This document shows, piece by piece, positions 11,791 to 24,077 of a stretch of DNA of 64,000 nucleotides (position 1 is the stretch's first letter; every line of letters starts with the position of its first letter). Location of the stretch: positions 132,399 through 196,398 of the forward strand of contig JALMLS010000504.1 of the NCBI GenBank assembly GCA_038496445.1. Direction: 5' to 3'. Both the position numbers and the translations under genes were made by a program. A model generated the notes under the pieces. That model did no database searches and had not been told where the DNA came from. It saw nothing but the letters and a program-made list of their open reading frames with translations. Source of the stretch: Trichosphaerium sp. ATCC 40318. Taxonomy: Eukaryota > Protista > Tubulinea.

Positions 11791-14700
11791 TTATTTTTTG
11801 AAAAAGGGTCGTCTGGGAGATAGTTGGGGAAGAAGTCTTAGTTGTTTCCAAATAGCAGAAAACGATGGCCTCATATCTGGTTGTTTGGACCAACACGCTT
11901 GTAAAATATCAACCACAGATTTATCTACATCTTGTGGTATCTCAGGCCTGTTTCCTTCAAGAACATGACTTCTTATTTGAAATTGAGTCAGACCTATAAA
12001 CACAATAAGCAAGCAATCCACTTTTCTCCACTTCGTAGATTTGTGAGAATAATTTAACCGTATCCCTTACCCGGATAAATCGGTTGGCCAACTACCACTT
12101 CCCACATGACAACACCGAAACTATCACGTGATGAGATATTTCCAATTAGAGAAATATGTATTGAGGGTAGGTACCTATACACATCACTTTGTTTAGAAAC
12201 TCCGCTGTTTGTTATCACTTCAGGTGCCATCTAAGTACACGCATTATGTTTGGGTAGTCTTAGAGTGTCCTTTATGTTACCCAATGTGTTGATCCTATGA
12301 TGCCATCTGTTGGTTTTCTTGTAGTATTGCTCAGTCCAAAATCGCATATTTTTGTGATTGTACAATCTCTTGATAGAAGCAAGTTGAGGCTCTTTAAATC
12401 AGCATGAACGAAGCCTTGCCGTAAAAATTATCATCTTATAGTTTGGATGATATCTATCCTCACGTACCCCGCCTATGTATGTGATTCATACCCTTCGTTG
12501 TATCTAATAGAATATTTATCTTTTCCTTTGCGGAAAGCTCAGTCTAATGCAAGGTGTTAAAAAGGCAATTCACTTCAAACAACGTACTTTATTTTGATGA
12601 ACTCTTGAGTACAGGCTACCGCCTTCCATGTATTCCATCACTATCCCAAATTCAGGAAGCTCAATAACAGCTGCCATCAACAACACTATATTTGGATGCT
12701 GAACCTGACTGTTAAGAACATAATTAGTAACAAAGTGACTAGCGCTTGATACCTTAAAATAGTGATTTCTCGTCTAAATTCATCTAAATTATCTTCGTGA
12801 CTCTGTTTCCATACTTTTACGGCGACCAAGTCAGGTCCCCAATTCGCCTTGCAACTGTGAGTATCCAGGAATATATTTTTTTCATGTACCTTGTAAAGAA
12901 TTGCACCTGAGCCTCCGGAACTGACTCTTTCCATTGAAGTGAAATCGCTTTTTTTAAGCTCTGAAATACCAAATTGATTATCAGTCACAACATACTTTGA
13001 TGGAGTTTTAATGATAATAAACCTATCAGAATCACCTAAATACACCTTAATTAAGCCAAAATAAGAGTCTATCAAAATACCTTCAGCTGTAAACATTGCA
13101 ATAGTATTAACACTTCGATCTGTTGGTATTTTTATTTTAACTTCAACTGTCGCTTGCTGTAACAATCATTAAGGAGTACTCGTGTTTCATGACTTATAAC
13201 TTACTGGGACAACATTCCCTTGTCTTGGTTGTATTCGTATCCATGGCATAGATGTGTCAACTTGAATAAAGAATTGTCGCTTTCTCTTAGATGGATTGTG
13301 TATTGTCAGAGAAGAAACAAAGTATCCACAATAAACTGTGAATTCTGGTTGTCTCGTCGAAAGTTGGAATGGCGCTGACGACGAAAAAAGTCTTGTTAAA
13401 ATATTTGTAGTGCCTAAGCAATTAATTAATCACCACGATGGATAATAACCGAGTACTTTTTTTTTCAAGCATCGACTCAGCTCTACAAGAAAAAAAATAA
13501 TTAGGGTACCGAACTAAGAAAATAATAAGAAAGTATTTAATTACCTCTCCAGAAAACTAGACATGTGCTGGTATGGTGAGTTCGTGATCAAGTTATTCAA
13601 TTGAGATTGCATAGCATCTTTATTACTCTCAGAAAACCCCAACATTTCATTGAGTCTCCAATCGTCAATAGCAAACGAGCAACATCCACCAGCAGCTATA
13701 ATATCGATAGCTCTAGAGATTCATTAAAAACGACATCGTATGGAGGTGTTTTGAGTACCTATCCTCAAGTCCTTCAACGAACATAGGTGAGCTCCGTATT
13801 TTTGTATCCCCCATACCCAAACACCCGTATTTATTGGAACCCCAAGTATATACACAAGCCGTTGCTAAAAAATCAACTTTTAGAACCCAAAAAAAAATAA
13901 AAAAATAGAGATTACCAGTCAACGCTACAGTGTGATAAGCTCCACATGCAATTTTGATAACCGTTTCTCCTACCAAGCCTTTTACATGTTTTGGTGCTGG
14001 AACAGCGTTTTCCTTGACACCATGTCCAAGTGAACCTGAAAAAATATAAAAACCTCCTTACCAACATTCCTTTTTTTGGCTTACCGTAGAACCCAAGACC
14101 GAATGTATAAACCTTTCCACCTTCTTATGTTAGAATAACAATGAATTTATTTAGGTGATTAAACGCTTACCAGCAATACCAACAATATGCTGCGCTCCTG
14201 AACTGATAGCAGTAAATCTCTCTTTTATATCTTTAGACACATGAAACATTTTTACACGGTTAGCTGGAGTATGCTCAACATTACGTCTATACGCTACAAG
14301 TCCAATCGCTTGAGCTAACTTGAAAGCAGCGGATTCTTTTGCTAGAGAAAAAAAGGGTTTAGATGGCATACAAAGGTCAGAGTTCCTCTGACAACGTACC
14401 TAGCGTTCCCAAGTTAAGCAAAAAAACCTCACCCTTTCCTTTTGACTTGTTAGTACTTTTTTTCGTTCTGTATTGTTAGTACTCACTGCTGAGAAGGACC
14501 AATGCTTCATCAGTGAAACTAGCGTCTTTTATATTCTTTGCTACTTGGACACGTTTTGTGGAGTTTTCAGTTGCTCCCCATACATACACTGTATCATCTC
14601 CTTTTAACAAAAAGTAAGTGTTTTCTGCACTAACACTGTACATGCAACGAAAAATATAGGCTTACTTGTTATAGCGCATGAGTGTACTGTACCAGCAACC

Positions 14701-15578
14701 ATATCTCTAATCTTTACACCGCCAATAGTATTTGTAATACGTTCAGGAGCCAAAACAATATCTGGATATCTAGCCTCAATTTGACATTTGTTATTGTTTC
14801 CCCACGCCCATACTGTGAACTCTTCTTTTGAAGTATCAGAGTATGCTATCGTGTGATCCTTCCCACATGAAATTACTTATTCAATAGTGTTATGTAATAT
14901 CATAATAAGGAGTAGTTTTATTCACCTTTTATTTTAATATGATCCAATCTGCTGATATGAAAAGGTTGACGTCTATCAACTTCATCGCCTGTACCGAGCT
15001 GAATTATTAGGTACAGTTTAATCACTGCGTGAATACCTTTCCATACCTTCCTTGTCCCCAACAGAAAACTCTGTCGTCATCTAATAATAATAATCAAAAA
15101 ACATAAACGACTGTTGGCATCACGTGGCCTTATTTGATAAAAAAAGATCTAAACGATTTTCTGTACCCAGTATCGCTGCTGCGTGAAAGTAACCGCAAAA
15201 AACTTTCTTAACACTCGATGTAAAAGATAATAAACGTGGTACTAATGTCCCCTGAGTAGTCTCTCCAGCTTGGTACCCTCCCCATGCGTATAACTTGGCA
15301 ACTAAGTAAAAAATACTGTCAATACCCAAAATAATTTACTTCCTTCTAAAAACAGAATAAAAAAGCACGTGCCACGTCCAGTACTACTACCCGTAATACT
15401 CGAAGACTATTTATCGATAGATGTAAATAAAATAGTAGAATAGGTAAAATACACTATACCTGTGGCTTATCGCCTGAAGAAGCCGATCCCGAACTGTGTT
15501 GAAGGTCAATATTCAAACTTTTGCGGTAAAAAATTAAATTGCCTGATAGTACCCTTCTTTTGATGCTATGGCATCCAT
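11791..15578 (-). CDS. RCC1-repeat + Ig/MSP-like linker + TKL protein kinase
   Basis: RCC1 repeats (LYAWGG, VFCGYFHAA, IACGAYHTVAL, VYTWGSNKYGCLG). Kinase motifs VAVK, HADLKSLNLLL, ICDFG, WMAPE, SDVYSFGVVMWE, CWSKQPDMRPSF. Confidence 0.85.
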
Positions 15579-16330
15579 TGACGCACTACTAGGCGTCTAA
15601 AAGCATAATAATAAATATGGACGGTATTTATCGGTTAGTATTACGCGTACATCGACAAGAAGCCAGTCAATCTCTACGTTAGCCATTCAAAAGTGGTTCA
15701 TTGTTATCGAGATTTACAAAAAAGATCCCCAAAAAGAGATTATTGGCAGTCAAAATCAATCTCTATCTGAATCAGATTTACAGCTGTCTGTCCTTTATTA
15801 CTCTTCGCTAAAACATTAAATTAGAACAATATAATGCCGTAAAATGATGGGCTTAGCCATTTGAAGTTATCTACAGTTTCATAATTTTTTAAGAATCATC
15901 AAAGAACCAATACAAAACTAATAACCTGTCAATGTGAGTCCTAATCTCAACCTCTAATAAGATAAAAAACGATAAAACTTGGACCTATTTATTATTTACT
16001 TGTAAGAAAAGTGTTGACAAACCTTTACAATAAATATCAGAAACAGTAATCAACAGAAAAGCAAATCAAGCAATCAAGCTCAAACGGGTAATGGAACGAG
16101 CAAGGAGGAACAGAGAGGAATATCTAATCAACGAATACACATACCAAAACTTGTAGAGAGTAGAGAGGACGTTTCCCAAGCTAAGGCTTGTGTTGTACTA
16201 TAAATAAATGTAACACGAAGTGTGCTCGACTACAGTAAAACATAGTCAAATATTCCAAACAACAATATCAGAAACACTATATTAATGCCATAGTGTAATG
16301 AGGGTAAGGTAGTCAAGAGTTGTTGTAGTG

Positions 16331-17445
16331 TTTACTTTACTTTACTTTACTTTTATTCCGGTCAAGTTTCTTATTGACGGTTCTTTACAAGTATGTTTTA
16401 CAACGTGTTTGTCTTCCCATCATCTTCCCCTTGTCGCCAGGGCCCCTATTCGGGACTCACATAAAGTTAGCCCATGAAAGATCATCGACCAAGGTAAACC
16501 AGACTGTGTAGAATACCTGCCCAGCTCGGACCGCGCACTAGCTTCGTATGGTTGCGTCGCTAGTCTGTGTTAGTGTTAGTAAGGGTTTTATATTTTTCAT
16601 GGAAGAGGTTGTTTCTTTTATCGTAGATGCGCTTGTGTCCGTTGACTATAAGGAGTTGGAGTTGTTTGAGTTTGTCTTTGGTGTATTTTTGGTCGTATCC
16701 TGCGTTTGTGCACACGTTTATGGTAACGTTTGCTATGTACGCTCCTGTGTATGTTTCTTTGGGGTATTTAGTTTTCTTTGCTTTTTTGTTTTTTCTTGCT
16801 TTGGTTTTATGTAGGTTCTTCTTGATGAATTTACTGATTTCTTTTGCATTTTCTGTTCTGATATCACTGGTGGCTTTGCAGTGGTTTATTATATGATTGG
16901 TATCCTCTTTTGGGTGTCCGCAGAGTATGCAGCTAGGTTCTTTGTATTTTTCGTTGAATTCTTTCGTGTTGTGTGGGCCTGGCTTTGTTTAGTGCGTATC
17001 TCCCACTAAGGTTATTATTTCTTAGTTTGAATTGGAAGCACGCGATTGTGTCCATAAGTGGAATTTTATTGTATACTATTTGGTTGGATATCTTGTGGCT
17101 AATTTGGTTTAGGTAGGGGTATTTCCGTTCCATGTCTCTTTTGTGTTCACGATTGGTGGCTTCTTTGATGTATTTCCTGACATTCCCTTTGATGATTTTG
17201 TTTTCGTGGTTGTATAGCGTGTATTTAAAAGCTATTCTTCTTTTTGGCATGTTTGGTTTGTTTAGTAACGTTCCCTCTTTGGCCAAGGTATCTGCCTCCT
17301 CGTTACCATCCAGAATCCATTCTATGTTTTTCCCAAACTGTTTTTCGAGGTTTTTGAGTTCTTTGTTGAGTAATTTGAGTTTTTTCGGTTTGTTTGCGTA
17401 TTTGGTTTGTTTTTCTAGTGTTGTATACTCTTTATTATGGTCTTA
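16331..17445 (-). mobile_element. 5'-truncated non-LTR retrotransposon (RNase H C-terminus, CCHC zinc knuckle, 3'UTR, (GTAAA)n tail)
   Basis: Minus strand reads WILDGNEEADTLAKEG (RNase H motif). After a frameshift near 16975 it reads CILCGHPKEDTNHIINHC (C-x2-C-x8-H-x4-C), stop near 16560. The 3' end has AATAAA then (GTAAA)4. The coding strand is strongly A/C-rich and intronless. Confidence 0.8.
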
Positions 17446-17944
17446 AGGACCGTGTACATAGTTATGATTGATTTCAACCTTACATAGAACATATCACGTG
17501 ACCTTTCAGATGAAATGTAGTCATAGTATGTATTTTATTTCACATAGATTTTCAGAGGTAACGTACCTCCATCAGGGAACAATGTGCAAGGTTAATAGTA
17601 TGAACTCCTGCAAATAACTTGACAATATCATCCTTCCAAAGAGCATCTTCGGTTTTAATGCTTGTGTGCCGGAGAGTACTTGAATGTTTTAACACTGCTT
17701 TTGCTTGTGAGGCGTTTGAAATACAAACTGTACCGTATCCAATAATATCGTGAATGACAGAAGCAAGGCTATGGCATGTTTGACAGGCTGCAAATCGTGC
17801 TTTAGTTGTGTACTGTAAAATATGGCTTAAAATCTCTGTAGGAAGGTCTAGAATGCCTTTTCCCGTACTATCATGTGGTTAGATTAGGTTTATAGATTAA
17901 TTTACATACATTTGATCTTTGGCGGTTAGTTCCTTTTGAAACAT
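17444..17944 (-). pseudogene. Third, divergent F-box/LRR paralog truncated after about one LRR at the retroelement boundary
   Basis: ILDLPTEILSHILQYTTKARFAACQTCHSLASVIHDIIGY...LFAGVHTINL aligns with copy A LFTLPNEILGVILCFTTKARYSAAQSCHRLAAIVHDVIGY. Intron near the 5' end. Confidence 0.75.
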
Positions 17945-18308
17945 TGAAAAGAGGCGAAATATTGAGTGATAAAGAAATGTAAGGGCACAAGAATTGAAGA
18001 AGACCTTTTTCAGATTTTAATTGTGGTGGGTCAGTTAAACCTGGGACATTTTATTACGGACTAATAATTTGTTACAATTCAATTACAGGTACAGTTCTTA
18101 CAGCAACAACAAAAGGATTTAAGTGATTGCAGGCGCCTAGAAAACGCAATATTTGCTCTCGTCCAACCCTACTTGTTCGCGGACTTGGCGCACAGCATAG
18201 TTTTTACGATTAAGACAGTTTTTTCCATGTTAAGTCAATATTGAATAAAATAACTCAAAAATAAAAACGTACCATCACTGCAATATCAGAATAACTACCT
18301 CACAAACA

Positions 18309-19517
18309 ATGAGCAAACCAGTACTTCACCCGAATTCACCATTATTCTCAAACAACGAACAAACTACAAACAACCAATACCAACAACAGTACAGCAATGC
18401 TCCACCAGTTATCCCACCACGTCAGTACGCTCCGCAACCTCAACAACAAGGGAATCCTTATCCAGCGACGCCTCAACCAGTTTACACCCAACAAATGCCA
18501 TACACGCCTAATACAGTACCCGTTGAGGCTGTAGAACCCCTAGACGTGCCCAGGACAAAAGACAGAGGTAATCACCCGGAGAAATTAGTTGAACGGTTTT
18601 TTACAACCAACACGTATTTTGGTTGGGTTTCCTACAATTCCCAAAAGGCGTTGAGCACTTTTTGTAAAAAAACAACTACAGAAAAACGTTACTGAAAAAT
18701 ACTCATTTTTATCACGTTTTTTGAACCGTTAATTTTATGATTGATTGTGTTATCTTCTTTTTTAACATATTGATTTAAGAATGGATACAAGAAACTCTTG
18801 ATGCAGCTGGGCTAGAGCATATTGTTGATGTTTTTACAACAAATGGAATTGTATTCTCAGACGTATTCATCAGCTTGACTGAAGGTGATTTGACGTATAT
18901 TGGTATAACGCAACTTGGCGATAGAACTCGCATCATGGCGTTACAAAGAGAATTGATGAAAGACGCGAAACCAGGTATTAAGAAAAAAGGATTTAAAAAG
19001 AAGCCGAAGCTAAACCGAATTTCCTGTTTTCGGGGCTTTTTTCTTCGCTCATCACATCACGTGTTTGCAAAAAAATTATTAATTTTATATCTAGACAAGA
19101 AAAAACACCACGTGCGCCGATGGCTTAACCATAGTGAGAAGAATCCAATAAACTTGAGATCAGTTGATGAATGGCTTGCTTTTGTAGGCCTACCAGAATA
19201 CAAACAACACTTCGCAACAGCCAGTACGTATTAGGTTTAATCTGCTGCATTTGTTTAATGAAAGTATAGGGATCACAACTAGTGGCCAACTTGCACTTCT
19301 TACAGACAAGGACCTGCTGGACATTGGTGTCTATAAATTTGGACATCATCGCAAACTACATCTAGAGATTAACAAGCTTCCTGGTTCACCAGGCCATAAT
19401 CAACGGCAATCTACTAAAAACAGGAAAAAGAAGAATAGAAACAGTAAGATTAAGCACTATGCTATATTCGCTGGCATCTTGGCAGCTATCTCTGTTTTTG
19501 TAAATATTCTATTTTAA
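18309..19517 (+). CDS. Pro/Gln-rich N-terminus, two SAM domains, C-terminal TM (tail-anchored)
   Basis: LDAAGLEHIVDVF...LTEGDLTYIGITQLGDRTRIM and VDEWLAFVGLPEY...LTDKDLLDIGVYKFGHHRKL. Hydrophobic C-terminus AIFAGILAAISVFVNILF. Confidence 0.8.
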
Positions 19518-19806
19518 CAAGAAGGCACAAGTTAAGATTTGCTCTTCTTTTTTTCCGATGCCACTTTTTATGATCAGGCTGTAATGTAGTCAAGAAATAT
19601 TTCTTACACCTCTTCCTTTGTTATTTATATTTTACTTTATTTGTTTTTTCAATGCCAAGCAGCAAGTTTACCCAAATTTGCCGGTAAGACTTTTTACACG
19701 TTGTTTTTTTTGTTGGTTTTTTTTATCAAATGACTCCATCACAAATATTCAACTCAACAAGATTGTTGCGATTGATTTCTTTTGAAGACATTCATCAGTT
19801 CAGGAT

Positions 19807-22800
19807 TTAAACGCCTGGAGGAAAGTTTACAACATTCTTATCTTCTACAGGAGCGCCATTAGATTTATAAGCCAATCGAATCATGATAATCACAGGTTGC
19901 TGTTTGAAAAAAAAAGTTAGTAAAAAAAAACACGTGTTTGATTCGTACAGCGCCATGTTGAGAATTGACAATTTTGATTTGTTGCATAATCTTGCCAGTG
20001 TGAACAGGTGCCAATTCAGTACCAGAAGCAGGTTCTAACTTGATCTTGAGGTAAGTAGGTACAGCAGCTTGTAACTGAAAGTCTGTAATCCTGTTTGCTG
20101 AAGAGTTTGTATAAGTCGCATTCACAAGTGTCAAGTGCATCTGTGTTGGTTGTTTCACAACAGAAAAATTGATTACAATCCCTATACGATTAAGAAATTA
20201 GTCGTGGCTCTTGAACCAAAAAAAAAAAGTATTCACTCGAGATTGACTCTGTCACGTACCATTCTTGTCATAAGCAACAAATTGAATAGGAGCTGGTGCC
20301 GCTACCATTCCTGGGTGCATACCTGCAACTGGCATACCGCCAGCAACTGGCATGCCTCCCGTGACAGGCATACCGCCTGTAACTGGCATACCTCCTGCAA
20401 CAGGCATACCAGGCATCATACCAGGTGTGCCTACAGCAGGTGCAGGTGTGGCGTGCAAGGACATGATTTGATCGATTACAGATGGTTTACTTTCTGGCTG
20501 TCCAGGTGTTGGAGCAGCTCCACCAACAACAGGTGCAACACCGTTACCTTGAGAGGAAACGTTAGCACAAAAAATAAAGAAACAAGTTCCAACAAAAGAA
20601 AGAAAAAAAAACATACCAGTAGGAGGAGGAGCTCCTGTGTTTCCAAACAAAGTTTCTAAAATAGCATTTGGATTGCCAGCTGGAGCAGCAGTACCGTTTG
20701 AAGAGTCACCACCCATACCGAAATCAATGAGCTAAGTAAAATTGTGAGCAAGCAAAGAACGCTTTTTTTTGGTTAAACAAAACGTACAGGCACGTCAGCA
20801 ACAGGTTCTGGTGCAGCAGGTGCGACTGCTGTAGCTGTAGCGGTTGTTGGTAGAGTAGTAACACGACCAGGTGTTGACGGCTCGGACGTCGTTGGTTCTG
20901 ATGATGTACCATAGTCTTCGCGTTCTGGGCGTACATATTCTCGTGGTGGAATCTTTTCGAAAATCTTCTGTGAAAAGGAGTTCCAGTCACCCAAGATCTT
21001 GAGGTACTCGCAAGCACGACTTTGTAATTCCAAATCAAAATCAGCCTTGTGATTCTCCAAAATGCCCTTTTATGCTTCAGTCAGTACCAAAGAATATTAG
21101 GATAGAAGTGTTGACCGTACTCTGATTTGTGCTGTGACAGCTTGAGTAAATTTAATTGAGAGTTTGGATAGAGCATTGAGGGAGTATGTTCGTGTCACTT
21201 GTGTGGTTGTTGGGAAAGTGAGGATGCGTGCCAAGAGGTCAATAACATCCTTCTCAGTAACAGTGACTGAATTATCGCCTTCTACAACTTGTGAAAGCAA
21301 TTCACCAAATTCACCAATACACCATACACCAACTTGGACCATGGATTGCTAAATAACACATAAGCAACAACTTCAAATAACGTAAAAAAAAAAAAAAAAG
21401 GAAAAAGAGTAAAAATAAAAAAGATTGACATGCAGATGGTGACCGTGCGAACATGCTTATGTATTGTGGTGTGGATGATGTCGCATAGTTACTGCTGTAC
21501 CCTGCGATTGTCTACACCCATTCAAAAATACAAAATAAATACATATAGAGCAACATAATAAATAAATAGCATGCAGACAGCCCAAATGCTTTGAACTAGA
21601 GTGATCATCTGAACACACTCCCAGATGATCACAATAGCCACATGCGGTAAAATTAATATGTAACGTAAGTGTACCTGAGTGATATCATTTGTTAGAATGA
21701 GATACATTTTGTGAACAGCATAAGCTTGTAATTCAGGTGTTGAAGATATTAGCGCAATGAGGTTAGAACAGACTTCATCTGGGACATGATTTCCGGACTA
21801 CAAACACAAAATCAGTACATCAACGTTCACACACGGGAAAATGACGTACAACTGCCATAACACGAAGGATTGTATCAACATGCCAACGTTTAGCTGGAGC
21901 AAATTTTTCTGTAACATAACAGAGCTTAGCGGTCAAGTCCGCCCTGAATTCAACATCTGCGACCATCAAGAAATTTAACAATTCCCGTACAAGCACACGG
22001 ACATTGTTTGTATTCACAAGAGAGTAAATGAGCTCTAAGGCACGTCTACGAATAGATATATCATCATCCTGTCTAAATGTGAGCAACTGAATTGAAGAAA
22101 AGAAAAGAAGAAAAAAAGAGGACATTTGAACATACCTTCAAACAATCAACAACTGTATTACGATGACGCTGTACTGCCTTTGGCTCAACAGAAACGACCT
22201 TGCATAGTGTATTGAGAGCAACATAACTAGTACAATGTCAGTAAAGGTTTCACAATGCTATATCTATGCACTTACCGGATGTTGTTATCCCTGTTTGATA
22301 AGAACCTACCAAGGATATTCACAGCCAAAACACGAAGGCCATTTTCGGACTCAATGGACATGATAGTATTGACACACTCATAAAGGATAGCGTTACCAAC
22401 ATTACGCATATTGTCAGTGTTTGTGGCAACTTGAGCGAGAATATCGTTCATGAGCTCGCTGGCTTCAGCATCACCTTTACCAAGAATACGCAAACAATGC
22501 AATACTTTGACTTGTATGAACGGATCAGTAACACCATTCACATCATATTCAGGTGCAAATCCAGACTGGGTTAGATGACGAAGGATGCGAACGAGTTGTG
22601 GGACAAGCTAGAAAAAAAAAAGCGGTTAACGACAATCAAATAAAAACAAAAAAAAAAAGAAATACAAGTGACCAAGTTAAAAACCTTACTTTTTTGAACT
22701 TAGAGATAAACTCTCCATCGTTGATGCGACATAATTCGATGAGAAGGCTCAATGCAGTTACCAATACACCTAAGAGAGTCAATGAGATAAATTACGAGTT

Positions 22801-23699
22801 GATAAAAGAGGTACATTTTCAAATAAAAAATAAATAAATTCAACTTTCAACGCGTTCCAAAAACCCCAAAAAAATCGTGACACGCTATTTTAAATAGCTT
22901 ATAACCCATAGTTACGTGTTTTTAGCGTACCGTGATTTTTTTCGCTCAAAAGACTCTTCATACGCGAAATAAAGTTCTCTGTAAGGTCAGGAGCCTTTCT
23001 TATAATACGTAGGGCACATAGTGCTGCCTGAGGGAATAAATTAATTTTAAAAAAATCCCTTGCGTGTCACAGGATAACAAGAGACTGTACCTTTTTCCTG
23101 ATGTAAGGGTTGGTGTGTTTGAGTAGTTTTTCAATTTCAGGAGCAGTATCTCTGGCAATACTTGGAGAGGCAATGTTTCCCAATGCACACAAAGCGAGAC
23201 CAACAATGTATTGGTTTGCGTGAGTTAGGTCGCTAGATAGTGAAGGAAAATAGCGTTTAAAAATATAAAAGCGTCGCAATGGCTTCCCTAGGCGCGCGAA
23301 ATGGCGACAAAAAGTGTTTTAAGCAAAAGTTTTCGCTGATCAGCGTATAACCGCCAAAGGCGTCAAAAACATCATGAGAGGATACGATTTTAGTGAGTTA
23401 GTGACGAGCATGAGTACTTCTTGGTTTTCGTCCAGTAGAACCATCAGACCAAGATATCCGATCCTTTTGTCTGCGTACGACGGTTTTACGATCAATTTGA
23501 GGCATTCCATTTGTCCAAACGACGTAGGATAACTGAGCATGTGAAAATAGAGTAGTTTGGCGACATTTCGAGTGCGGTCTTGTTGGTTGTCTTGTCTAAT
23601 ACCTCCCCTAATTTGCGCAAGCTCTTTTGTAATCAAATCACGCTCTTCCGCAGCAGTTTTGCAAGCTCTGACGGCCTTGATGAGATCCCGCAAACGCAT
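19807..23699 (-). CDS. AP1G1: AP-1 complex gamma adaptin
   Basis: [66 protein letters not shown], and ear domain [19 protein letters not shown]. Confidence 0.96.
20320..20420 (-). repeat. 18-bp coding tandem repeat (GGMPV[A/T]) in the gamma-adaptin hinge
   Basis: [30 protein letters not shown]. Confidence 0.85.
21569..21645 (-). ncRNA. Candidate structured intronic RNA (three-way junction) in a 326-nt AP1G1 intron
   Basis: Three helices pair on the minus strand, using G-U wobbles: GCAUGUGG/CUGCAUGC, GUGAUCAUCUG/CAGAUGAUCAC and AGUUCAAA/UUUGGGCU. Confidence 0.35.
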
Positions 23700-24077
23700 A
23701 CTTGTTAGAAGCTCTTTAAGACTATTTGACGTTTAACAAACTGTAAACGTCTCACTAAAAAGAACTGTTTTGACTGGCGCACTGACAGCCGCGTACATAG
23801 GCCTAACTAAGCGCTCTGTGCTGTAAACGTGTGCTGGGACCATTTAACGGTGCCCACGTGCGTATTGCAACAAATTAGTAAACCGACTTGTTGCTAATGA
23901 TTGAACTACCTCTAGCGCATTACCAATACAATCATAGTCGACGAGACGCCAGAAAGGACGCTTTTACTGCTAAAGACTTTTTTTGCTTTTTCTATCTCCA
24001 CTTAGCAATTTCATTCAATTATACCATTGGGCACAACAACGCAGTTGTCCGTTGGCAATGACAGTAACTGACCGTTG

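Noticed and set aside
15346-15372. Additional GCACGTG donor in the RCC1-kinase gene
   Set aside because: An equally in-frame GT donor lies 3 nt upstream, and no homology constraint decides between them.
16548-17446. Plus-strand hydrophobic Phe/Leu/Val-rich ORFs as membrane proteins
   Set aside because: They are the antisense shadow of the A/C-rich retrotransposon ORF.
21569-21645. tRNA or hammerhead ribozyme
   Set aside because: It has GUUCAAA and tRNA-like length but no cloverleaf, and no CUGAnGA/GAAA core.
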